Positions 17,772 through 26,572 of a stretch of 64,000 bases of DNA are shown here, piece after piece. The stretch comes from Enterobacter phage EC152, in sequence record PP681140.1; one strand, written 5' to 3'. Position numbers and translations under genes: made by a program. Each line of letters starts with the position of its first letter. Position 1 is the stretch's first letter. The notes under the pieces are model-generated. The model saw only the letters and a list, made by a program, of their open reading frames with translations. It made no database searches and was not told the origin of the DNA.

Positions 17772-18020
17772 TCAGGAGAATTTCTTGCGAAAGTAAAGAC
17801 GTGCAGCTTTACGGGCCTGACCCTCTCGCTTGAAAAGCTTGTCCTTGAATCGCCATTGCCCTGTGTCGGTGTCTTTCCACACCTCGTGGTTAATGAACTC
17901 CAGAATATTTTCACCGCCCATAGCGTTCTCCTTTCCCCACTCTTCTTCTGGGAGATACCAGTTATCAATAGAATCCCCGTGGATCTCTTTCAGTAGCTCA
18001 CGATAATCACGACTTTGCAT
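17772..18020 (-). CDS. Hypothetical protein, 82 aa
   Basis: ORF on the minus strand. Confidence 0.5.
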   Translation of the reverse strand: MQSRDYRELLKEIHGDSIDNWYLPEEEWGKENAMGGENILEFINHEVWKDTDTGQWRFKDKLFKREGQARKAARLYFRKKFS

Positions 18021-18179
18021 AGGTCTCCCGTGGCTCTACAGCCATATCGTACAGATATTTCAATGCCTCGTTAACGAGATTTCTGTTTTCCCAACGATCA
18101 AACTCTGCATGGTTAAAAAGAGCATTCTCGATAGTTTTTTGCAGGTAGTCTGCCCGTTGCACACGTAGTTCTTGCTCTG

Positions 18180-18374
18180 TCATTTCCAGATCCTGAATTT
18201 GTCACGGATAGCTTCCCCAACAATTACCCCAATCATTCCGAAGAATGCCAAAAATCCCAAAATTAACAAGGAACCCGGACCGAAGTTAGAGATTAAGAAT
18301 CCAAGGGTAACGAGAACGAACATCACCACCGGGAAACCGATTAAAAAATTCTTCATGCCGCTTGAGATTCTCAT
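18180..18374 (-). CDS. Membrane protein, 64 aa
   Basis: Two transmembrane segments. Confidence 0.55.
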   Translation of the reverse strand: MRISSGMKNFLIGFPVVMFVLVTLGFLISNFGPGSLLILGFLAFFGMIGVIVGEAIRDKFRIWK

Positions 18375-18619
18375 ACAGACCCCTCCCAGATGACAAGATT
18401 CTCTGCTGGTTTGAGCATGTTTTCCATGTCCGGGGTGAATGGACGTACCACACGCCTATTTTTAAGTGGGTGTAAGTAGGTCATGAACAAATGACCATTC
18501 TTAGAAAGATAGGCCAGCCCACGAACACTACCGGGGTCCTGATTCCAACCCTTATCGTGGAAATAAACACCATTAGAGCGAGATTCTGAGAGAATCTTTT
18601 TTATTTCACTTAGTTTCAT
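18371..18619 (-). CDS. Hypothetical protein, about 82 aa (MKLSEIKK...)
   Basis: AAAGGAGAT Shine-Dalgarno; ATGA coupling with the upstream gene. Confidence 0.55.
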   Translation of the reverse strand: MKLSEIKKILSESRSNGVYFHDKGWNQDPGSVRGLAYLSKNGHLFMTYLHPLKNRRVVRPFTPDMENMLKPAENLVIWEGSV

Positions 18620-18873
18620 TGGATCTCCTTTACTGGTTCGAAACTTTCCGGTCGAGGAGCACCGCTGGCCCACGCCTTACACCCAGCATAGCCGGGAAGA
18701 CTGCTGCGTCTTAGCAGGGATGGCACATGGGTACTCTCAAAGTGCCTACGACCGCTGTATGATTCATAAAACAACCACTTACCCCGATCCTTTTCTCCGG
18801 TGTCTGTCCAGTTCACAGTCCAACTGGAAGTCCCGATAAGTTTCATCTTACGCCTTTTCCACCAACCTAACAT
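18616..18873 (-). CDS. Hypothetical protein, about 76-85 aa
   Basis: ORF on the minus strand. Confidence 0.45.
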   Translation of the reverse strand: MLGWWKRRKMKLIGTSSWTVNWTDTGEKDRGKWLFYESYSGRRHFESTHVPSLLRRSSLPGYAGCKAWASGAPRPESFEPVKEIQ

Positions 18874-19021
18874 TCTAATCTCCTCTCAACGTAACGCCAT
18901 GTCTTAGCATAGTATTCCATAACCTGCTGAACATTGTCAACAGAAACCTTAGTTTTCAAACAGTACCAGGCCCCCTCGCGGGAGGCCGGGTCTTTTGACA
19001 TTCTTCCGTAGATAGAATATG

Positions 19022-20194
19022 TCATTCTTTCCCCTTTGCCACTTTCAGCATGTGGATGGTGTTTTCAAGGTCCTTGCGTGGTTTGCTGTAAAGTTTACGA
19101 CCGTGTTTCGCAAGGAATTTTTCCAGATAATCCAAAGCTTTGAATTCTACAATCTGATCGATAACTTCTGGGACGTTGAATTCATGTTTCAGCATCTGGT
19201 AAGCTGCCTTTTTCACCGTAATCGGTGTGCGGCCTTGACTGACTGCCAGTTCAGTTACCAATCGTTTACGGCTATCAGACCAATTAGCATTGATAGGGAA
19301 TGCCTTATACCCGTATTGTTCTTCGAAAATCTTCACCGCACGTTCTTGCAGAGTATCTTTGTCGTAGCCACGGCAATAATAGCTCGACTCATCCTGATGG
19401 TCGAAGTGCTCAAGGTCGTCGTAGTCCCCAACACCAAGGTCTGCCAGCAACAGAACGTCATCTGACTGAGATAGCAGTCGAGTAGCATTCCAGCGTACCT
19501 CGAAATCACTGGCCTGGTTGCGATCACGATCTAATGTGAAAACTTCCGCTGGGAAGTCATAGTCGAACTTGTATTTACCATTGACGGTGGTCACGTACAA
19601 CCCATTCACATACAGACGGCAGTCTTTATTATTCTTTTTGGCATACGCCTTACCAAAGCACGAGTGTTCGACGACAATCTGAAGATCTGTCCGAGCAGGA
19701 GCGTAGTTGTTTTTAACCAGTTTCATCGCGGATTCAGGAATTCCGTTTATGATGATCGTCACGCGACCCTCATCTCGATTCAGGAATTGGTTTTCTAGAA
19801 TATTGATCGACAGAACCTTCTCATCAAAGTAGTCGTCCATCTCAAACTGGGGCTTCCACAGGTCTTTCCCGTTTTTAACCGTGATATCAGCGCCTTCACG
19901 AAGTAAGCACAGAAAACCTACCTTCATCCCCTCACCGAACTTACCAATCTTGGTTTCGTCATCATCTTTTGTGGTTTTACCCATCAGAAGAGACTGGATA
20001 GGCATCTTGCCACCACAGGAAGAAATGGTGATTGAATCCTGATCGAACAACACGCTATGATCGCCCGCATCAATGGCGTTTTGAATAAGCTCGCGGATGC
20101 CTTCCCACCATGACCAATGGGCTACGTAGGTTGGTGCAATGCTCAATTTAATGCTTTTCATGGTTTCTCCTTGAAACGGTTTGTGTCCCACCAT
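19022..20194 (-). CDS. GHKL-superfamily (Hsp90/MORC/MutL-like) ATPase, about 380 aa
   Basis: Bergerat N-box ELIQNAIDA and a G-rich lid GKFGEGMKVG; true start probably MKSIKLS at about 20161. Confidence 0.65.
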   Translation of the reverse strand: MVGHKPFQGETMKSIKLSIAPTYVAHWSWWEGIRELIQNAIDAGDHSVLFDQDSITISSCGGKMPIQSLLMGKTTKDDDETKIGKFGEGMKVGFLCLLREGADITVKNGKDLWKPQFEMDDYFDEKVLSINILENQFLNRDEGRVTIIINGIPESAMKLVKNNYAPARTDLQIVVEHSCFGKAYAKKNNKDCRLYVNGLYVTTVNGKYKFDYDFPAEVFTLDRDRNQASDFEVRWNATRLLSQSDDVLLLADLGVGDYDDLEHFDHQDESSYYCRGYDKDTLQERAVKIFEEQYGYKAFPINANWSDSRKRLVTELAVSQGRTPITVKKAAYQMLKHEFNVPEVIDQIVEFKALDYLEKFLAKHGRKLYSKPRKDLENTIHMLKVAKGKE

Positions 20195-20224
20195 TATGGC
20201 AGGAATAAAGATGATGTCAACTAT

Positions 20225-20253
20225 TGACTAAAAATAATTTCACTGATAATCTT
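20225..20253 (+). promoter_or_regulatory. Sigma70-type promoter TTGACT-17-TAATCT for a 2-gene plus-strand islet
   Basis: Read directly from the sequence. Confidence 0.5.
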
Positions 20254-20280
20254 ACCTTACCAACACAAAGGAGAAACATA

Positions 20281-20529
20281 ATGTCTCAAGAAATCTTAGA
20301 ACAAGATAAATATAAATACAACGAGATCGTCTTGATTGACGGTCAGTTTGAAGCAACAATCCGTGACATCTTCACCAGAACTTACCGCATCAAGGGTGGG
20401 AACGGACAAGAGGATACTTTCGGAACTCATGTATCATACCGTCTTCACGAGAAAGATTGGTGGTATGAGGAAATCCTGCCGCACCGTGTGCAGAAACTCA
20501 ACGGCAAACTCAACTTTGGAGCAAAATAA
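20281..20529 (+). CDS. Hypothetical protein, about 82 aa (MSQEILEQ...)
   Basis: AAAGGAGAAAC Shine-Dalgarno; the track start at 20224 lies inside the promoter. Confidence 0.6.
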   Translation: MSQEILEQDKYKYNEIVLIDGQFEATIRDIFTRTYRIKGGNGQEDTFGTHVSYRLHEKDWWYEEILPHRVQKLNGKLNFGAK

Positions 20530-20843
20530 TGCAATTACTCGAAGATAAGGGCGGTCGCCCAGACCGTAATGAACCAGACCATCGTGTACGTCAAGACACG
20601 ATTTGCCTTTTGTACGGATTCAGCCCAAAGAATCCTCTTACCGGGCAACTCAACGGTCGAGAGTGCTTCGTCATTCAACGATCAAAGTTCGGACCTGACC
20701 GTATCCCATACCCTCCTGATGATATTTGGTTTGAATGCCATGTCCGTGGTATGCCAGTGACAATTGATGTACCGCTGGAGCACCTGATGCTTCTCGACGA
20801 TTCCGACAGGCTTGTGATCGAGAAATTATCAAGCAACAGATAA
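20529..20843 (+). CDS. Hypothetical protein, 104 aa
   Basis: TAATG stop/start overlap. Confidence 0.6.
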   Translation: MQLLEDKGGRPDRNEPDHRVRQDTICLLYGFSPKNPLTGQLNGRECFVIQRSKFGPDRIPYPPDDIWFECHVRGMPVTIDVPLEHLMLLDDSDRLVIEKLSSNR

Positions 20844-20848
20844 AAGAA

Positions 20849-20867
20849 AACCCGCTCAAGGCGGGTT
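20849..20867. terminator. Bidirectional terminator hairpin AACCCGCTCAAGGCGGGTT between convergent genes
   Basis: Hairpin with A/T runs on both sides. Confidence 0.65.
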
Positions 20868-21360
20868 ATCCCATTAAAACAATCACTTTTTCTTTGGTCA
20901 CAGCTATGTACTCTTCTACAAATGTCCCAGACATTACCCTTTCCATGATCCTTCCTGGCACTTTCCCGAAAGCTTTCATAAGGGCATCCAAATCTGCGCC
21001 TTTAGCCATTCTCAGCATTTGAACTTCTTCTTCGGTTGGTGCAGAAGAATCAAAGAACATATCTCGATTGTAAACCTGTGTGTTTCCAATGAAAACCTCA
21101 TCCGGATGAATCCAGATCTTCTCGTCTTTACTTGTGGCTATCATAAATATCTGCTCATTCTTGCCAGCACTCTTTGTGATAACCAGCCTTGGATTAAGTA
21201 TCCCCTCAGCGTCGATGTTGTGTTTTGACTTTACGACAAAAACAACAGCCCCACAAACCCCGGCCTTAACCTGAGCAACAGCACTGGAGATTCCCGGTAG
21301 TTTGCTAATCACTTCATGGCTGGTGTCCTTTACAAACAACCTGATCATTTCGTCCTGCAT
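20866..21360 (-). CDS. Hypothetical protein, 164 aa
   Basis: ORF on the minus strand. Confidence 0.6.
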   Translation of the reverse strand: MQDEMIRLFVKDTSHEVISKLPGISSAVAQVKAGVCGAVVFVVKSKHNIDAEGILNPRLVITKSAGKNEQIFMIATSKDEKIWIHPDEVFIGNTQVYNRDMFFDSSAPTEEEVQMLRMAKGADLDALMKAFGKVPGRIMERVMSGTFVEEYIAVTKEKVIVLMG

Positions 21361-21740
21361 ACGGTCTCCAAATCCTTAATCCATTCAAAGCGGTTGGTGT
21401 AAATCATATGATTCTTTTTGCTACGATTCATCTTTGCAGGGATTACCTGGATGTTATCACCACAGTTAAGGCCTGATACAATCTTTGCCCGGAGGGGCAG
21501 CATGTGGTCTGGCTCCCAACGGATGCCAGTTTCACGCATCCTCACGTTGCAAAGATGGTTGGCCTCTTCTCTTACAAAGATGTCCCATTCGTTGTGCATT
21601 GTTGCACGTTTCTCGGCTTCAATACGCTGTAGCCTTATTTGTAGTTGACGGGCTTTCCCCTCTGGGGTTGATCGCCTTTGGCGATCTAATTCCCTTCTCC
21701 TTTCTGCGTATTGTCTATAGTATTCTTTCTTATCTCTCAT
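21345..21740 (-). CDS. Putative HNH-family endonuclease, 131 aa
   Basis: Basic coiled N-terminus, then a DHMLPL...NIQVIPAKMN motif resembling the HNH core; weak. Confidence 0.4.
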   Translation of the reverse strand: MRDKKEYYRQYAERRRELDRQRRSTPEGKARQLQIRLQRIEAEKRATMHNEWDIFVREEANHLCNVRMRETGIRWEPDHMLPLRAKIVSGLNCGDNIQVIPAKMNRSKKNHMIYTNRFEWIKDLETVCRTK

Positions 21741-22354
21741 TATCCAACCTCAAAATAGAAATCGTCAATAAGTCCGTTCAGAAGAAATGCGTTATCAGAG
21801 GACTTTCCAACATACAATTGGTTTGCTGCACTACCACCAAAACCCTTCGTCATTGTCTGTGTCGCACCAACTTGAGCACCGTTTATGAAAAACTTAAGCT
21901 GTGTCCCAACCCGCTCCAGGCGAAGATGGAGCCAAGTATTGATCGGCAGCGTCCCAGTTCCAAAACGAAAGCGTTGAACAACACCAGTTGTGTCATAGCC
22001 GTCGATACTGATTTGAGATGCAACCTGGAAGGTGTTGTTTAACGTGACCCAATAAGAACCAGTACCGTCACTATTCTTCAGATTACCCAGCAACATCTGT
22101 GCGCCTGTACTCCTGAGCTTAACATACGTATCGAGGTAGAAGTTGGTTGTGTTTCCAATTCTTGTTGGTACTGGGAGACCATCGCCAATTTTGATAAAGG
22201 CGTTGGCATTATTTGGAAAATCAAGGGAACCTTTACCCGTAGTGGTTTCACTACCAACAACCAGCGCTGGTCCCTTTGTGATAGGACCGTATTTTTGCAA
22301 TCTGGCAATCATGTAGTTGACATCCAGACCACCAAGTAGCATTTCTTGCATCAT
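21740..22354 (-). CDS. LamG/ConA-like lectin-fold protein, paralog 2, 204 aa
   Basis: MMQEMLLGG N-terminus; signature ...INTWLHLRLERVGTQLKFFINGAQ... Confidence 0.7.
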   Translation of the reverse strand: MMQEMLLGGLDVNYMIARLQKYGPITKGPALVVGSETTTGKGSLDFPNNANAFIKIGDGLPVPTRIGNTTNFYLDTYVKLRSTGAQMLLGNLKNSDGTGSYWVTLNNTFQVASQISIDGYDTTGVVQRFRFGTGTLPINTWLHLRLERVGTQLKFFINGAQVGATQTMTKGFGGSAANQLYVGKSSDNAFLLNGLIDDFYFEVG

Positions 22355-22881
22355 TTCCCCACATAGGTAAATATCGTTAATAACAAATAAACAATACCGA
22401 TCAAAAGGAAAGTACGGTTTATCTTAGAACTTAACCAATCCTTGATTCGGTATTTCCATCCCAGAGATTTTTTGTGCTCCTTGATGATCCTATCAATTAT
22501 GCGGTACAAATCTCTGATTGCACTCTCAAAACCCTCGTACTCTTCAAAAGCGTCTTCAAGATTTTCAGGGTCTAGTTTCCCCATGTCACCAACGCGGAAA
22601 GTGTAATTTGAGGGAGTGTTTGTGTCTACACCACGAGTCACTTCCAGTCGCCCTACACGAATGGTATAAAGGATGCTGTTTTTAGCATCCCTAATAATAA
22701 GCACTCTTTCATCAGCGGCATACTTACGCACAAGTGCGATACAACCCTTTGAGTTTTCTATAAAACCCTTTTCCAGCAGAGTTTGCCAGTGTTCTTGTAG
22801 GGTAGGGTGTTCACGAACTAATTTCTGAAACATACTACCTCCTATCATATTATTAACCTCCATTTTATCATGGTTAGTCAA
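22351..22881 (-). CDS. Hypothetical protein, 176 aa, with a C-terminal transmembrane anchor
   Basis: Hydrophobic C-terminus LLIGIVYLLLTIF. Confidence 0.6.
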   Translation of the reverse strand: MTNHDKMEVNNMIGGSMFQKLVREHPTLQEHWQTLLEKGFIENSKGCIALVRKYAADERVLIIRDAKNSILYTIRVGRLEVTRGVDTNTPSNYTFRVGDMGKLDPENLEDAFEEYEGFESAIRDLYRIIDRIIKEHKKSLGWKYRIKDWLSSKINRTFLLIGIVYLLLTIFTYVGK

Positions 22882-22906
22882 GATATTATATAGGAGATAG
22901 GATGAA

Positions 22907-23560
22907 TCATTGTTGCTTAATGATCCGCAACCGCTTCAGGTATCCCTGTAGGGTATAAGAACCGACTCCTCGTGGATAGCTTCCCCCAACACTCAGCTTT
23001 GTCCCGTTTCCAAAACCATATGGAATTGTGTATTCTTGTGTCGCTAAAGGATTGTTATTATTCACTATCTTCATGATTTTAGTTGTTGAGTCCCAAATCA
23101 TTGAGAAATCATTCCAACCAGGGGCGGCGGGGGTGAAGAATGCTCTCACAAAGTGCCCAATACTGTCGGTAACAAAATACTGAGAACCGCCAGACAAGTT
23201 CGGAACCTGCAATACACCCCCAACAATATTGCCTGTCGAGACATAATCCCCGGTAGCCCATACTGCCATTGTTGCGGTATTGTTCAGATAAAACTCAGAA
23301 CGAACCTCAAACTTACCGACTGCCATACTTATATCTGCTGCCATTGGTGTTTCGAAGTATGTCGATCCTGGAAATGACATTACCCTGCCTTGACCAGAGA
23401 CATCCTGAATCGTGGCGTTACCTGTCCCCACCTTTGTAAACGGATGCCCGTAGACATCCACAAGGTTTGTTGCACCAAGTGTTTGTTTAGACGGGTCTAT
23501 ATCAAGGACAGTGATCCCAGGTGACTTCGCGCCGCCTGTTAATAGCATCTCTTCCATCAA
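22907..23560 (-). CDS. LamG/ConA-like lectin-fold protein, paralog 3, 217 aa
   Basis: MMEEMLLTGG N-terminus; beta-sandwich motifs shared with paralogs 1 and 2. Confidence 0.7.
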   Translation of the reverse strand: MMEEMLLTGGAKSPGITVLDIDPSKQTLGATNLVDVYGHPFTKVGTGNATIQDVSGQGRVMSFPGSTYFETPMAADISMAVGKFEVRSEFYLNNTATMAVWATGDYVSTGNIVGGVLQVPNLSGGSQYFVTDSIGHFVRAFFTPAAPGWNDFSMIWDSTTKIMKIVNNNNPLATQEYTIPYGFGNGTKLSVGGSYPRGVGSYTLQGYLKRLRIIKQQ

Positions 23561-23564
23561 GACC

Positions 23565-23795
23565 TCAGCAAGTAAAACTGCATTTGGGGCAAGGACACGC
23601 GATCCCGTGGAAGCATAAGCCTAACCCGTCTTTACGTACACCCGTCCCACCGCAATTAGGGCATTGGTCATGGAGGCATTTGATGACACCAACATCTCCA
23701 GGAGAAGGCCATACGACCTTCTTGATACCCTGTTGCTCATGGTAGCGGTCTTGCAGGATTTGTGCCTGCTCCGCCGTTAATGTTCCGAAACTCAT
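23565..23795 (-). CDS. Cys-rich zinc-binding protein, 76 aa
   Basis: CPNCGG...CFHGIACPCPKC. Confidence 0.5.
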   Translation of the reverse strand: MSFGTLTAEQAQILQDRYHEQQGIKKVVWPSPGDVGVIKCLHDQCPNCGGTGVRKDGLGLCFHGIACPCPKCSFTC

Positions 23796-23954
23796 ACCGG
23801 ATACCCCTTACACTGGAGCCACACAAAGAAGTCACTCATCCAGTCTTCTTGGGTGCGCTCATAAGGCCAGTTCTCAGGCTCGTCGCTGAAGCTGCGTTGA
23901 CGTTTATAGTCGTCCATCCACTCAGCTACAAGCTCAAGCATTTTTCCTGAAAAT

Positions 23955-24167
23955 TCAAGCTGCCGCATTTCTTCTCCTCATAACATAGTGAAGCAAAGTT
24001 GCCAGCGGCCAGGCAAACCCGACCGCAAAACAAATTTCAGACCAATCATGATCTGACTTCGCTTTGTAAACCTGCTTAAGAACTTTATCGTTCTCCATCT
24101 TCACGGAGTATACCACAGCAATCACAGCATATGCAACCCCTATTATGCCGACAATTGCCTCAAACAT
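23955..24167 (-). CDS. Small membrane protein, 70 aa
   Basis: Hydrophobic N-terminus. Confidence 0.5.
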   Translation of the reverse strand: MFEAIVGIIGVAYAVIAVVYSVKMENDKVLKQVYKAKSDHDWSEICFAVGFAWPLATLLHYVMRRRNAAA

Positions 24168-25263
24168 CCATACCCGCCCAGCAGATGTCCTGTGTTGTCA
24201 TGAGAACACGAGAAGCGAGTTCAAGATCAGTATACTTCGGAAGATCTGTCTTTTTGTACAGGACTTCGCGAATGTGGTGATCTTTCTCATCAGCCCAAGC
24301 CAGAAGCTCGTCGAGAGTCCATTTGCCAGCACGAATATCCAGCAACTCCTGAGCATCAGGGCGCTTCACCAGAACCTTGCCGTCAGTCAGGATCTCTTCA
24401 GCCATACGCATCAGGCGCACCAAGTGCATAGCGTGTTTGGTGTCATACCCAAAGTTGACTTCAAGCTGGTGACGTGCCTCGTTTCGGTTCTGCTTCCATG
24501 TCCAGTAATTACGATGCTTCTCTTTTGCCTGCTTGTGTTCTTCTGCCAGATACTTAACAATAAACACAGGCTTCCTACGCTTATCCGTATCAGACAGTTG
24601 CTGGTAATCAACATGACGAATTGAACCGTCTGCGTTGAACATGCCAGAACTGCTGAAGTTCTCCATCACACCATAGATGTCATTACCGTAAGGAACAAGG
24701 ACGCACATGTCATTCAGGTTTGTCATGGCTTCCATGAAGCGTTCATGCTTAAGCACACCCGCAAGGAAAGGGTGCTCGCTGTAATTATGTACCAGACGGA
24801 AGAAATCCTTCTGCGTTGGTTTAGCCTCTGGCTGCGGATTGGTGATCCACTTATCATGACCACGGATACGCTTCAACTGAGCCATAGCATACCCAGAGAA
24901 GCTAAATGCGACCTTACTGGACATAAGTTCAGGAGCCATTGTTCGCAGGTACGCGTAAGCGTCTGATGTTGAGATGATATCTTTTTCATCAACGAACATC
25001 AGTTCGATAATGTTCGGGTTCATCTCTACAAACAACTTCATGAAGTTTGTGAGTTCGTAGATCTTCCCGTCCTCCTCATCAACAAGCGTCTGCTCTTTGA
25101 TATTGAAGAATGGAGTACGGATGAACTTAGGCTCCGCACAGAACAGACCACGGATATCGACATCCGATGTTGGGAGGTTTGTCCCATAGGCGAGGCTACC
25201 AGAGTAGCAGCGCATCATATCAAAAGTTTTCATATCTCCCCTTAAGAGCAAACAAGGTTGCAC
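24160..25263 (-). CDS. Pol-beta-superfamily nucleotidyltransferase, about 357 aa
   Basis: GSLAYGTNLPTSDVDI (GS-x9-DxD) plus a downstream acidic residue; long helical C-terminal domain; probable start MKTFDMM. Confidence 0.65.
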   Translation of the reverse strand: MQPCLLLRGDMKTFDMMRCYSGSLAYGTNLPTSDVDIRGLFCAEPKFIRTPFFNIKEQTLVDEEDGKIYELTNFMKLFVEMNPNIIELMFVDEKDIISTSDAYAYLRTMAPELMSSKVAFSFSGYAMAQLKRIRGHDKWITNPQPEAKPTQKDFFRLVHNYSEHPFLAGVLKHERFMEAMTNLNDMCVLVPYGNDIYGVMENFSSSGMFNADGSIRHVDYQQLSDTDKRRKPVFIVKYLAEEHKQAKEKHRNYWTWKQNRNEARHQLEVNFGYDTKHAMHLVRLMRMAEEILTDGKVLVKRPDAQELLDIRAGKWTLDELLAWADEKDHHIREVLYKKTDLPKYTDLELASRVLMTTQDICWAGMDV

Positions 25264-25571
25264 GGTCTATTTTTATCCCAGAAATTCAAAAGGTCCTGAT
25301 ACTTAATCTTCTCCTCTAAGAATTTCGCCTCATCCCTCAAACGAACGATCTCCTGAATAAGCAAAACCACTTCGTCAGGATACCAACCTGTTGTTTCTTC
25401 TGCTTTGATCATACACTCGCCACGTTTCCACTTAGAAAGTGACCCGTCACAAAACACCTTAGCTTGATTTTTTGAGATTTGTTTTACCACTGCGGGGCGC
25501 AACTGATTGTACCCCCAGTAAATATAGACTTCATCACCAATATTCAGGGTTTCACCACGAACGTCTTTCAT
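25242..25571 (-). CDS. Hypothetical protein, 109 aa
   Basis: ORF on the minus strand. Confidence 0.55.
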   Translation of the reverse strand: MKDVRGETLNIGDEVYIYWGYNQLRPAVVKQISKNQAKVFCDGSLSKWKRGECMIKAEETTGWYPDEVVLLIQEIVRLRDEAKFLEEKIKYQDLLNFWDKNRPCNLVCS

Positions 25572-25792
25572 CCTTTGTTGACCTCTTTCATCACACCTTC
25601 AATGACCCGCCCAAACTCTCGGCTAAAGAAGTTATGATCACGATTGAATTCATCACCAATAGTCCTGATTTTAGCAGCGGCAATATTACTGGCTGCATTG
25701 ATCATGGCTACAAGGATCTCTGGGTTCAATTCTTCAACTTTCATATTAGCCCCCGAAGTAAGAAATGGTAACCAGGCCAACAAAAATAGCAT
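25568..25792 (-). CDS. Hypothetical protein, 74 aa
   Basis: ORF on the minus strand. Confidence 0.45.
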   Translation of the reverse strand: MLFLLAWLPFLTSGANMKVEELNPEILVAMINAASNIAAAKIRTIGDEFNRDHNFFSREFGRVIEGVMKEVNKG

Positions 25793-26081
25793 TGATCAGG
25801 ATGCCATACCCAAGGCTCTTGTTTTTGCAAACCTTGCCGTTAATAATAGCTTTCGCAGCCAGAAGATGACGGAACAGCCAGAAACCGAACAGGCACCCTG
25901 CAAACAAACCTGCGCTTGGCGGGATCAGTGTCGTCACCAACATCATCCCCTCAATCATTGCAAGAACCAAGAAAACACCAAATGATTTCGGGTCGGCAAC
26001 GGTGTCTTCGCCCTTCAGCCAAGAATACGTGCAAAGGGAAAGCCCGAACAGGGACCAAATTAAAAAGATAGTATAGATCAT
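25746..26081 (-). CDS. Membrane protein, 111 aa
   Basis: Multiple transmembrane segments. Confidence 0.55.
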   Translation of the reverse strand: MIYTIFLIWSLFGLSLCTYSWLKGEDTVADPKSFGVFLVLAMIEGMMLVTTLIPPSAGLFAGCLFGFWLFRHLLAAKAIINGKVCKNKSLGYGILINAIFVGLVTISYFGG

Positions 26082-26083
26082 GT

Positions 26084-26572
26084 TTATTCTCCTTTCAGCC
26101 GGAATGATTTGATCATTGTGATCAGGTCTTTTTCAGGTTGCGTATAGTTGTGGATAGTGTTACCCATCTCGTCACGATACTGATTAGCAATTTGTGGAGG
26201 AGTATAACCAGGCAGTTTTACCAAGTCAACAACTTCTGCGTATTGTGGTGCATACATATACTCCGGGAGCACAACAGCGACTGCTGTCATCGCTCCATTC
26301 AGGGCTTCCTGCTCTTCACAGAACGAGGCCCAAGGGTATGTACCACTAAGAGGCTTCAACTTCTCACACAGTTCCTGCAAGGAAGACTGATATCCACCAT
26401 TGAGTACGATCACGGTCTTGTCACGATCAGCCCAGTCCCAGAGAAGATTCCCGGCATTGTTCCGACGCTGTGAGTAATCAAGGAACATCTCAGACATCGC
26501 GTGTGCTGACTGAATCCCGGCATGAATGCCAGCAATATATTGGTTTACTACGCAGTACATGCGTGTCTTCAT
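26084..26572 (-). CDS. PTH2-family peptidyl-tRNA hydrolase-like protein, 162 aa
   Basis: Pattern VVNQ..AGIHAGIQSAHA...W....KTVIVLNG....L..L resembles the PTH2 core (..GKIAAQCAHA..W...G..KVVLKV); match judged by eye. Confidence 0.4.
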   Translation of the reverse strand: MKTRMYCVVNQYIAGIHAGIQSAHAMSEMFLDYSQRRNNAGNLLWDWADRDKTVIVLNGGYQSSLQELCEKLKPLSGTYPWASFCEEQEALNGAMTAVAVVLPEYMYAPQYAEVVDLVKLPGYTPPQIANQYRDEMGNTIHNYTQPEKDLITMIKSFRLKGE

